From the NCBI GenBank assembly GCA_963843845.1, contig CAWJMB010000002.1:2784001-2848000 (forward strand): a stretch of DNA of 64,000 nt. Direction: 5' to 3'. Made by a program: the position numbers and the translations under genes. Below the pieces are notes generated by a model. That model saw only the letters and a list, made by a program, of their open reading frames with translations. It had not been told where the DNA came from and made no database searches. The stretch's first letter is position 1; each line of letters starts with the position of its first letter. Shown here one piece after another: positions 10,974 to 21,493 of this stretch. The stretch comes from an uncultured Gemmatimonadaceae bacterium. Lineage in GTDB: Bacteria > Gemmatimonadota > Gemmatimonadetes > Gemmatimonadales > Gemmatimonadaceae.

Positions 10974-11475
10974 CGCGTTGCGTCCCCCGGTCAGCCGTAC
11001 CACGCCACGTCGTGTACAGCCGGCAGGGACACGGGGCTGCAGCCCGGCGCTGGAGGTGCACCCGCAGTACGGGAGCACCCGCGGCACCGAGGCCGACATC
11101 CGCGCGGTCGGAGCGCTCGTCGCGCGTACGCTGGCCCACGTCGGGCTGCAGCCCCAGTGGACCCGGGATCCGAACCGAACGCTCTGCGTCCCACTGACCT
11201 GGACTGGGTGACGCCCCCCACATCGACGGGTGCGACCACGCTGTCTTCGGGCGTTGGCGCCTGACGCGCGGGGGATGAGCCCCGGTCGCTCTGACGACGC
11301 CGAATCAAGTGGACCACGCTGTTCGCGTCCTCGGATGCGAGCGCGCGCCGCCCGCCCCGTGACGACCGCGAGGCGCGTCCGATGTTCGGTTCGCCCACCG
11401 GCCGACGCTCTGCGCGGCGCACTTCCCCTCCGCACGCCTCCCCTCCGCACGCTTCCCCTCCTCCGAATCTCTCCC

Positions 11476-12523
11476 GTGCGAATTGCTTCCTCCGCCGTCG
11501 CGCCGGCCACGTCGGCCACGTCGGCCACGACACTACCGCCGGTGCCGGCGCTGCCCGTGCGCCTCGCCGTTCGTCTGGCCACCGGCTCCGAGCTCGCGGC
11601 GCGTAACCGGGCAGAGGGTCGCTCGGGGCGCGCACGTTCCGCCCCGCCCGTCCGACGATCGCAGCGATGCGGGCGGCCGGCGCCCCGCCCTCCCGCTTGC
11701 TTCAGGAGACGTGGGTGGACCACCCGGACGAGCGCGTGCCGCGCTTCACCGCGCGCCAGCGGCTGCTCGAGAGTCCCGCCGTGCGGAGGCTGGCCGCACG
11801 GGCCCTCAGGGAGGCGGAGGCGGATGGTCTGCTGTGGACGCCGTTGCTCGACGTCATCGACCTCGACCAGCTCTTCTGCGACGCCCCGCAGTTCTACGCG
11901 CGCCTGGATAACCGCACCCGCTCGATCGGACAGCGCCTCGCCGCGACGCCCACGTCGCCGCGTGCGGTCGGTGCCCACGGCGGAGGGCCGGGCCGTCGTC
12001 GGCACGCTCCTCCGCTTCCGCAGCCCGTGGATCGCCGGAGCGGCGGCGAACGCGAGCCCCGCGCTCGCGCCATCCCAGGTGCGCCGCCTCGCCGAGCGGC
12101 ACTGCGTGTCCGAGCTCGCGCTCTCGCCTCGGCGGTCCGCACGCGACCGCTCGGTGCTCGCCGAGTGGGCGGTGCAGGCGTTAGACGCCGCCGAGAGCGC
12201 GCTCACGCCGCTCCCCACGGCGCACCTACCTCGGGCCCATGATGGCGCTGACCACGCTGCACAATCGCGAACACCGCCTCTCGGTCCGCCAGGCCGTCCG
12301 GCTCACGCGCGCCCTCCGCCGCCCGCTGGTCGAGGTCCCCGTGCCGCCGCCGTCGCACGACACGCTGCACCAGCTGGTCGTCGCCGCGCTCGACGCCGCG
12401 CCGGCCGAGGAGGTCCGCGCGCTGACGGCCTCCGAGCTACGGATCCTCCGCACCTCGGGCATCGCGCCGGTGTCCTGGCGCGCGAGGCGAGCACTCGGGC
12501 GAGCGCGACAAGCGTGCGCGTAG
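11476..12523 (+). CDS. Hypothetical protein, paralog A (frameshifted; start approximate)
   Basis: Joined frames: ALPVRL..ELAARNRAEGRSGARTF..ETWVDHPDERVP..RRLAARALREAEADGLLWTPLLD..VVGTLLRFRSPWIA..; homologous to 13812-14797. Confidence 0.65.
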
Positions 12524-12612
12524 GTGCGGTCGTCCGGCGAGTCGCGCCCGCTGCCCACCCCGTGGGCCGTCCGCGGACGGCCCACGGGGTGCGCAGGAGA
12601 GCGCGGAGTGGC

Positions 12613-13596
12613 TCAGTCGGTGCTCTCGACGATGCCCTGGCCCATGCCGTCGATGGGGCCGTTGGCGTGCGCGGTACGGAGCCAGCGGTGCGGCGACCCA
12701 GACCTGCGGGTACGGCGCAGAACGTGCACCGCGCCGCGAGCCCCGTCCGGGCGTAGCAGCGCCCCGCGCAGCTTGCGCTCGTACTCGGCGCGCCGGCCGG
12801 TGTCGGCGACGATCGCGAAGCGCGGCAGCGGGTCGGCGCCGAGGCGGCGCAGCTCCTCCAGCGTCTCGGCGCACCGGCGGAGCGCCGCCGTCACGTCCCC
12901 GCCGTGCTCCACCTCACAGACCAACTCCGGCCACGGGGCCCCCGGCTGGGTGAGGACCACGTCCGCGTAGCGGAGCGAGTCGATCCCGGCCGCGGCCGGC
13001 GGCAGGACGTCGACGTCGGTGAGCACGCGCCGGCCGCCCGCGAGCGCCGGGTCGAGCGCCGCGTGGTCGGCGGGTGGCACCCAGACGGCCTTGCCGAGCC
13101 GGTGCCCGATCGCCGCCACCGCCGTCTGCCACTGGGCGTGGCTGAGCGCGGGCGTCGCCGCGGCGCGCGGCTCCCGCGGCCGCAGGCGGCGCAGGTGCGT
13201 CCACCCGCTGTAGCGCCGCAGGTCGCGGCCCGACTCCAGGAGGCGCACCTCGCCGCGCGCGCCGACGCGGATGTGGATGCGGATCGGGTCGGCCGTGGCC
13301 GCGGCGTGCGCGACCAACTCGCGCACCGGGACGACGAGCGGCTCGCCGAGCTCCGGGATGAGGAAGCAGATGGCCGACCGCTTCCGGCGCTGGAGCGCGA
13401 GGACGTCGGTGCGGCGCAGCGCGGTGAAGATGCGGCGCTCGCGGTCGAGGCGGCCGGCGCGCAGCAGGATCGCCGCGTCGTGGCCGAGCGCGATCATCGA
13501 GCGGCTCCCGGCGTGCGCGATGCGGCGCACCGCGTGCGCGCCGAACTCGCGGACGAGGCGGTGGAGGAAGCGGCGGCGGATGGGGCGGGTCGACAT
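12613..13596 (-). CDS. PD-(D/E)xK restriction-endonuclease-like protein
   Basis: LSHAQWQ..IGHRLGKAVWVPPAD..YADVVL..LVCEVEHGG..FAIVADTGRR; D...ExE-type catalytic arrangement in the C-terminal half. Confidence 0.65.
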   Translation of the reverse strand: MSTRPIRRRFLHRLVREFGAHAVRRIAHAGSRSMIALGHDAAILLRAGRLDRERRIFTALRRTDVLALQRRKRSAICFLIPELGEPLVVPVRELVAHAAATADPIRIHIRVGARGEVRLLESGRDLRRYSGWTHLRRLRPREPRAAATPALSHAQWQTAVAAIGHRLGKAVWVPPADHAALDPALAGGRRVLTDVDVLPPAAAGIDSLRYADVVLTQPGAPWPELVCEVEHGGDVTAALRRCAETLEELRRLGADPLPRFAIVADTGRRAEYERKLRGALLRPDGARGAVHVLRRTRRSGSPHRWLRTAHANGPIDGMGQGIVESTD

Positions 13597-13686
13597 GGAG
13601 AAGGCTCCGTTGGTCGCGTGGCGCCGGCCCAGAAGACTGCGCTCCCGGCGGCGTGACGCCGGGGCGATCCCCGACGTGCGGCGACC

Positions 13687-13718
13687 CTACCCGGGCAACC
13701 TGGCCGCGCGGAAATTCG
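13687..13718 (-). promoter_or_regulatory. Shared upstream motif copy 1 (CGAATTTCCG-N14-CCGGGTAG)
   Basis: About 90 bp upstream of the nuclease start at 13596; same boxes and spacing as copies at 20619 and 21432. Confidence 0.6.
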
Positions 13719-13811
13719 GCGCGCGGCGGTCGGTCCCTCGCCTCGCCCGCGCCACCGGCGCGCGCCGGACGCACTCGAGCGCGGGTTCGGCGTCCGGCAC
13801 GACCTGACGTA

Positions 13812-14797
13812 TCACGTCGTGCGCCGGGTGCGACCCGCCGCGATCTGCGCGGCCAGGCGGATCTCTCCCGCATCGGCGGCTCAGAAACGGGGAAAGCGCC
13901 GCGCGACCGAACACCCGGGCCGCGTCGGGAGTCGCGTCCCGGAGTGCGCGCGCGACGACGCCCGTCAGCAGCGCCCGCGTCCGGTCTGCCTCGGCGCCTG
14001 ACCAGGACACGCCGCGCCGCACGCCATCGAGCCGAGCCGCCAGCTCCAGCGGCAACACGTGTCCGTGCGCGTCCAGCACCGCCAACATCTTGAGCGCCGC
14101 CAGCGACCAGCTAGTCATTCCGAGCACCTGATTCGCGAGGTACATCGCCACCGTCTCGGCCGCCCACGCCGCGAGCACCCCGCGGCCGTGCGCGTTCACG
14201 CCTCGCGCGCGGACCGGCTTGCCTGGCAGGCACGCGCATCGCGAGCGAGGGCAGCGCCTCGTCGTCCAGCGTCGCGCTCGCGGTCACGATCAGTCGCGCG
14301 ATCGTCGGTCCGCGAAAGCACAGCAGGGTGCGCACGACCGGCGGAGAGCACGACGCGGGCGATTCCAGCCAGGGACGGACGCCGCCAGCCAGCACGGCCG
14401 CGGCGCGGCGCACCTCACTCCGGCACGCTGGCCACCCCGCGTTGTCGCAGGCGTCGAGCAGCGGCGTCCAGGCTTGGCCGTCGGCCCGCGCCTCGCGGAT
14501 GGCCCGGTCGGCGAGCCGTCGCGTATCCGCCGTTCCGAGGCACCCGCGCTTCAACGCTGTAAGCGGCACGCGCTCGTCAGGGTGATCGACCTAGGTCTGC
14601 CGCACGGCCGGCGACGCGGGACCGCTCCCGGCGACGTCGATGTCGGAACAGGCGCCAATCGCCGAGAGGAAGGTGCGGGCGCCCACGCGACCCTCTGCAC
14701 GGTTCTGCGCCTCCAGCTCCCACCAGTCCGCGGTGCGGGGCTCGAGACGGATCGGCAGGGCGGCGAGGGTCGGGGCGACGGTGCTGAGGCTGGACAT
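13812..14797 (-). CDS. Hypothetical protein, paralog B (in-frame TAG at a conserved Trp; frameshifts; end approximate)
   Basis: ALPIRL..ELEAQNRAEGRVGARTF..QT*VDHPDERVP..RRLADRAIREARADGQAWTPLLD..VVRTLLCFRGPTIA..RGVLAAWA. Confidence 0.65.
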
Positions 14798-14964
14798 GGG
14801 GACGGGTGGGTGCAGAGGGTGGAGACTCGGGCGGGATCTTGATTCCCCGCGGCGCGGCACGAACGGCTCGCGCGCGGGCCCATCGCCGACGTGAGCACAC
14901 GGGGGGTGAGACGACGCGCGCCATCGGCGCCGCCGGTGTGCGTCGCGCGGGGCGACGGAGCGGC

Positions 14965-17068
14965 TCAGAGAAGCCAGCGCGCGCTGCGCGGGGCGGCGAG
15001 CACCTCGCGGAGCGTCGTCACCACCGACGGGTCGCGCGACTCTCGCACGTGCTGCGGCCACCGATCCGGCTCCACGCGACGCACGACGGACAGCGCGTAC
15101 AGCGCGCGGACGACTCGGCCGCTCGACACCGCGGAATCGGCGAGCGCTTCGAGCGCGCCACGCTCCGCCGCGGGGTCACCGAGGAGCGCCAGGGCGGCGA
15201 GGCCGCGGGCCCACAACCGTTCGTCCTTGCTCGCGACAACTGCGCCGGGAGTACCGCGTCGCGCAGGCCTCCGCCCAGGAGGTCCGCGCCACCATGCAGG
15301 AACGTGAGCGTGCGCGCCGCGAGCTTCTCGGCGAGGTGTAGGAGCGCGTCGACCCGGTCGACCGCCGTGACCGCGGCCCGCCGCCCGTCCTCGTCGCTCC
15401 GGCGCGTGTGCGCGGGGTTCGCGAACCGGGTCAGGACCGTGGCATCGGCGAGCAGCTCCGGGCCGGTGCGCCCGTTCCGCTGGCCGCGGGGGATCCACTC
15501 CATGAACTCCTCGCCCGTGAGCAGCGGGCGCGGCGCCTGCAGGATCCGCGCGACGTCGCCGCCAACCGCGTCGACCGCCGCGACGCGCTCGCGAGCCACC
15601 TCGAGCGCCTCCGCCTCGTCCTGGGCGAGGTGCCGGCGCGTCTCCGCGATGCGGCGCACGTCCCACTCGAGGGTCTTCCACGCCGCGTTGCCCAGCAGGT
15701 GACGCGACGTCGCGAGCGCGTGCGCGTCGCGCTCGAGCACGCCCACGGTGCGGTGGACGAGCGCGACACGTACGGCGGCGATCGCCGCGACAACAGGGCT
15801 CCGTCGACCCGGCCGACAGGCGACCGGCCGCCTTGTACTCCTGGGCGAGCGCGTCGAACGTCTCGGCGCGCAGCGCGGCGCGGAGGGTCCGGTAGGGCAC
15901 GATCAGCCGGCGCGCGTCGTAGCCGCGGCGCGCAGGCAGGTCGTAATACGTGTGGGAACCTGGCACCTGCCCCACTTTGACAATCTGCTTGTGGACGCGA
16001 TCCCGCCCGACGATGCGGGCCTTGGGGGCCTGACCCAGCACGCGCCCGCGCGACGTACCGCGCTCGCGCAGCAGGGCGTCGAGCTCGCGCGCCCGCGGGT
16101 CGGCGGCGCAGGCGGCCGCCACGTCCTCCACGGTCACCGAGTGGCCCTCCGGCCAGAACCCCTTCGAGCGGCTGCGGTCGATGGTGATGTCGAGCAGCTC
16201 CGTCATCAGGTCGTGCACTGTGACGTGCCCGAGAGCCGCCGCAGCGCCGTGGCGTCCGTCTCGAGCACACGCATGACCTCCACCCAGTCTTCCAGACGCG
16301 GGTCGTCCGGGCGCGCGCGCCCACGGCGACCCAGCGGCGCCACCGCCGGCCGGCGCGAGCGCCGTCTTCAGCTCCGTTTTCAGCGCCGTCTGCGGCGGCG
16401 GCACGGGTGGTAGTCGGCGCACCGCCGGATGGGTGGTCGGACGTCGCGCTGTTCTCGTCGTCGGCGTCGACGCGACGCGCCAGCGGCACCGCCCGGGTCT
16501 CGAGCGCGGCGAGCCGCGTCGACATCTGCACCCCCTCGTCGACGGCGAGCGCCTCGATCGTGCCGCACACGCGCACCGTCACCGCGTTCGTCTCGACCGG
16601 CCCGCCGCCCGCCGCCGCGCTCGCGACCCAGAGCGCGACGTAGACGCGCGCGGGCTCCGGCCAGTCCGGCGGCGCCTCCTCGTCGCTGCCCATCAAGCGG
16701 TCCGTCAGCACGTACAGGTGACGGGTGGGCCGGCCCCCGCCACCCTGGTCGTCGGACGCGTCTGCGCCGTCGCCTCCGCGCACGGCGAAAGCGGCGAGCG
16801 GCTGCGCGACCGGCGTGACGGTCGACGGGACGAGCGCCCGGAGGTGGCGCGCGAGCGCGCCGGGGTGCGCGAGGCGGAAGCGCGGCTCCTCGCGCTGCAT
16901 GCGCTGGAGGTCCACCACGCCGAACCGGAGCCGCTCGCGACCGACGCGGCGGACGAGGTCGAAGACCGTCGATCGGTCCGCCCGTTCGCTGTCGGTCGCG
17001 GGCCAGGAACCGCGGGGCGCACGCGACGCGCGGCCCGGCTCCGCGCGGGAGCGCGACGGCGCCGTCAC
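14965..17068 (-). CDS. Large (~700 aa) unknown protein coupled to tnsC; candidate target-site selector (frameshifted)
   Basis: GTG start overlaps the tnsC stop (GTGA). Coherent protein pieces run through ORFs 15431-17851, 14965-16422 and 15018-15746. No TniQ CxxC motifs seen. Confidence 0.6.
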
Positions 17069-17931
17069 GCGTCCCCCTGCTTGCGGATCTTCTCGATGGC
17101 GAGGCGCACGTCGGCCTCCGACATCGCCTGCCCTCGCTTGAGCGCGAACTCGTGCGCGTTCGCGATGAGGGTGCACAGCCATCAGGAAGCTGCCGCCGGC
17201 CTCCGTGAAAAGGTCGAGCTCGAGGCGCTTCCACCCCTTCGCGGGCAACGCCTGCTGGAGCGCCCCGAGGCCGGGGTGGAACTGCGGGAGGTGCGGCGCC
17301 ACGTGCTCGGGGGCCATCGGGGGGAACACCACGTCCCCCGTGAAGCGCTCGCCGTCCTGCCCCGTCGCCGCGACGTTCTGCGTGAGCCCCGCGTTGCCGA
17401 CCAGGACGAACCGGAGGGTGTGCCCGCGCCGCGCAACGGCGTCGGGGATCTGGCGCAGGAGGTCGAGATTCGTGGGGTCGATCTGGTGCGCCTCGTCGAT
17501 CGCGATCACGCGCACGTTGTCGTCGACGGTGCGGTCGAGGCGATCTGCGCGATGAACTGGGTCGGCGTCCCAGTCCTGCCGGCTGCGCTTGCCCATGGGC
17601 CGCCCCGTCAGGGCGATGTAGATGTCCGTGAGCACGGTCTTCGGGCCGGTCGCGCGCGACGTCTCGTAGACGAGGATCACGCCGGGCTGCGCGCCGCTCG
17701 CGAGCTGCGCCTTGAGCTGCTCCGCCTCGAGCTTCTGGATGAGGCGGCGCACGCACTCCGTCTTGCCCGACCCGAACGGGCCGTGCACCAAGGGTGCTCT
17801 CGACGCCGCGCAGCGCGAGGCGCAGAACTGGTGCTCGAGCAGCGCGTGCACGGGGAGCGTGAGGAAGGGGGGCGAGTGCAGGGACCGTTCGGGTGCGCGC
17901 CGTTCGGGTTGGGCGGGATCGTGTTCGACAT
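17065..17931 (-). CDS. tnsC: TnsC/MuB-like AAA+ ATPase (frameshifted)
   Basis: Walker A HGPFGSGKT, Walker B VIAIDEAHQI, sensor FVLVGN, GERF, C-terminal AGGSF..W..LI; lies downstream of the transposase. Confidence 0.8.
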
Positions 17932-17950
17932 GGTGGGATCGGGAGAGGGA

Positions 17951-19074
17951 CTACTCGTCGTCGAGGAGGAGGAAGCCGGTCCGGCCGCCGAGCACCTCGA
18001 GGAGCGACGAGGACGCCGGGGATGCGGGGACGTCGAGCGAGGCGGTCGACGCCTCGTCGGGTCGGGTGGCGGGGGTGGGGGGGGCCTGCGAGGCCTGGTG
18101 GGAGACCGGGGTGGGCGCCCGGGCGGCCGGCGGCGTTCCTTCGCTGGGCACCGGCCGCCCACGAGCCACCGTACTGGAGGTCGAGCGCCCCCCGGTAGCC
18201 CGCCGGCCACCCGATCGGCGGGACGTCCGGTCGCCGGCCGCCGGCCGGTCGGCCGGCGGCCGCGGCGTTGTCCCACTGGCCCCGCCGGAGGACGCGCCCG
18301 CGCCCGAAGCCGCGTCCTCCGCTTCGGGTGCGTCGAAGGCCTCGACCGCCGTGCCGCCGGCGAGGTGCTCGGCGATCGCGTGCACCTTCGTCTGGGCCTC
18401 GCGCGCGGCCGCGTCCGAGCGGCTGCGCGCCCGGGTCCGGCTTGGCCGCCATCGGCGCTGGGTGCTCGCGCCGCTGCCGCTGCCGGCGCTCGGCCTGCTC
18501 ATCCGGAACCGCTCGAGCGCGGCCTGCCCGTGCACGAGGGTGAGTTGGGCTTCCTGGGCGGCCGTGATCTTGGCGCGGTACACCGCGAGGAATCGCTCCC
18601 GCTCGCGGAGCGCGGCGTTCACGTCGCGCTCCGCGAGACGCGCTCCCGGTCGCGCAGCCGCAGGCGCTCGACGACCTGCCCGCCGGCGAGGCGCTCACAG
18701 AGGATCACCTCCTGGAGAACACCACGGGCGAGGAGCGCCCGGTCGTAGCGGATGACGAGGTCGCGCCGCGGGGTGTTCGGGAGCCCGTTGATGTAGGGCT
18801 GGATGCGCTCGTGGGTGAACTGGCGGCCGAAGAACGCGATGCCCTTCTCGGTCACGGCGGGGCACGGGGCCTCCGTCAGCCACAGGCCCTCCGCGGTGCC
18901 ATCCACGTCGAGGCGCCGGACGCGGCTCAGGGCGTAGAACTGGAGCGGCGAGAACGCGACGCGTGCGTGCCCCGGGAGGTGCGTCGCCTCCTCGAACATC
19001 GGAACGGTCGGCGCGTCCTCGGCGCCTTCGCCGGCGCCGTCGTGGGTGTCGTCGTGAGGGACGGGCCGGGTCAC
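17951..19074 (-). CDS. Mu-transposase C-terminal-domain-like protein, encoded separately (frameshift near 18620)
   Basis: SPLQFY...VTEKGIAFFGRQF...LVIRYD resembles the TnsB/MuA beta-barrel, followed by a helix and a disordered tail ending LLLDDE; has its own GGAG and GTG start. Confidence 0.6.
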
Positions 19075-20494
19075 GCGACACGCTCCGCGTCAGAGGCGTC
19101 TGTCTCGACGTCCGGCGTGAACGGGTGCTGGCGGGCGACGATGCGCTGGACCCGCCGGAGCCCCTCCTGGACCTCCGGGCTGTCGACCGGCAGCGAGACG
19201 TGCGAACGCTCGTTGTAGAGCGTCGCCCACCCCCAGATCGCGGCCTCAAGGTCCTGGAGCGTCGGCAGGGCCTCGATCGGCACCTCGCGCTTGTACGGGT
19301 CGTACTTGAGCGCGGCGAGGTTGCGCTTGACGTCGCGGTCGGCCGGCGCGTACGGGTCGAACGGGCGCTCGCAGGCGCTGTAGCCGGTCGGCAGGTTCTT
19401 GAAGACCTCCTCGGTGATCGTCCCGATGAGGCTCTCCACGTGCGCGCCGCCGCGCGGGTCGTTGTCCTTTCGCGGCACGACGTCGATCCCGAGCAGTCGA
19501 GGGCTTCGCGGAAGGCGCCCTGGTGCTCGGCGCCCTTGTCCATCGTGATCTCGTGCGGCACGTCGACCGACGGCAGCCCGGGGTAGTTCCGGTCCTGGTT
19601 GAGCGCCCGCCCGAGCACACCGAGGCAGATGCCGGAGTCGATCGCGTAGAGCGACAGGTTGAACGTCACCAACACGCGTGAGCCGACATCCTCGACCACC
19701 GTCAGCACGGGTCGGAACGGGATGTACACGCTGTTGACCCAGACCTTTACCCACGCGTCGGCGACGGTGCTGTCGATGGTCAGCCGGAGGCCGCCCGGGA
19801 AGATCCCGTGCGAGAGCGCCTCCTCGCAGTGGTCCCGGAACCAGGTCGGCCCCTTGCGCGCCAGGGCGACGAGGAGCGGCTCGCGCTGCTCGTAGGCCTT
19901 GAGCGCGCGGTAGACCGAGGGGTACTTGGGCAGCCGCGTCCCCGGGGGCAGCACGTGGGACAGGTGGTGGAGAATCCCCATTGCCCCCTTGCCCAGCAGG
20001 ACCGCCGCCTCGAAGTGCTTCGCCACGTCCCCCGTGACCGCTCGCGAACGGCCGGCCTGCGGGCTCGGCGCGTCCACGAGCGCGGCGAGGCCGCCGGCGG
20101 CGAGCCGGTGGGCCCACGTGTTGAGCGTGCTGTAGGGCGGGATCGCGGTCTTCGCGAACCCGTTCGCCTTCGCGTACAGCGCCGCGTACTTGGTCAGCTT
20201 GCCGCGCGGGCAGCCTTCGCGCACGAACCGCTGGACCCACGGGAGCTTCTCCCGGGTGGCCCGGAGCAGGAGGTCGCGCGGCAACTCGTCGAGCCGGCGG
20301 CCCGCACCGGCGTCGGCGGGCCCACCGCTGGCACTTGCGCCGGCCCAGGCCGGCCGATACCCTCCGGGGCGCCGCGGCGCCCCGGAGGCCCCGCTCGCCG
20401 AGGGGCCGCGGGTCGCGGAGGCGTTGGCGGGCGCGCCCATGTGCTTCTTGCGCTTGCGCGTGATGCGGCGGGACTGTCGGCGAGACGTGGCCAT
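19071..20494 (-). CDS. tnsB: TnsB/MuA-like DDE transposase core (frameshift near 19495)
   Basis: HTH region PPYSTLNTW..GGLAALVD; TIDST (D1), RPVLTVVEDVGSR, ITMDKGAE (D2), PRGGAHVES (E), YNERSH. Confidence 0.85.
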
Positions 20495-20618
20495 GCGATG
20501 CTGCTCCGTGCGGCTGCGGTCGTGGGGCGTGAACTCGCGCCCGGTGGGATCGAGGGTGGGGGCGCCGCGCTGTCGGCGACGGAGCCCACCGCGGCGAGAG
20601 TCCGGCGGTCGCCGTCCT

Positions 20619-20650
20619 CTACCCGGTGGGCGCGGCCCGACGGAAATTCG
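20619..20650 (-). promoter_or_regulatory. Shared upstream motif copy 2 (CGAATTTCCG-N14-CCGGGTAG)
   Basis: About 125 bp upstream of the tnsB start. Confidence 0.6.
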
Positions 20651-21431
20651 TCCCGGGCCGGTGAGGACCCCTCGGTGAGCCCTCGAGCGCCACTCTACTC
20701 GACGTCGGCCTTGGCCTCCTAATGGCCGTCGATCGGGACCATCCAGCGTGTCGAGTCGCGCATCGCGATGGTCCGGCAGTCACGTCGACGTGCGGAAGCG
20801 GAGCTGCGCGCCGGGCATGGACGGCAGCTCCGGCACAGGGCACGATGACGGTGGACCGCCGGCACACAGGCGCCACGGGCCGACCCGCATCGCCCGTTGG
20901 TCGAGTGCGAGTCGTTCACGTCCGATGCGGGCGGCGGAGCCCCGCGCCGGCGCAGGCGGCACACCCGACGCCGCGGTGCGTGTGCCCGTGCCACCCCGCC
21001 GACCGCACCGCCGATCGGCCACCGGACCGACCGGAGGCGCCTGGAGCGCGGCCCTGTGCCGCCCCCCCACACCCGGAATCGCTGCCTCGATGCGCTGTGC
21101 GGGGAGCGCCTGGTGACCGGCATCGCGCAGTGGAGAGCACCCGGCGGCGGCGCCGCGATCGGGCGACGCGCGATCGGGATCGCCGCCATACGGGTGTGCC
21201 GGGGCGAGGCCCGGTGCCACCGCGACCGCCGTCGGTCTGGCGGTCCTGTACCCGCACCGTCGTCAGCGCGACCTGGAGCGAGGCGCCCGACGACGGCGGG
21301 CGGCACAGCGCTCGGGCTGCCGGTCGCACGCCCCGCCCGCGACGGAGTCGCCCGCACCAGTTCTCCATAAGGTCGGGCGCGTGCGGCTGTCACGCCGCGG
21401 CGTGCCGAAACGCGTCGCGAAGGCCCTCGGA

Positions 21432-21463
21432 CGAGTTTCCGGCGCGCCGCGACCGCCGGGTAG
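21432..21463 (+). promoter_or_regulatory. Shared upstream motif copy 3 (CGAGTTTCCG-N14-CCGGGTAG)
   Basis: 30 bp upstream of the helicase ATG at 21494. Confidence 0.6.
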
Positions 21464-21493
21464 TCCTGGCTCACCTTCAACCTCAGGTGAGTC

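Noticed and set aside
11422..11465. Short 15-bp pyrimidine-rich tandem repeat upstream of paralog A
   Set aside because: Under three copies and low complexity; no function can be supported.
11301..14845. GAATCAAG upstream of both paralogs (also upstream of comEA)
   Set aside because: Only 8 bp, at different distances from the starts; cannot be separated from chance without statistics.
20700..21400. ORFs or ncRNA in the tnsB-helicase spacer, including a possible tnsA
   Set aside because: No TnsA-like motif, coding-like composition or convincing RNA structure seen.
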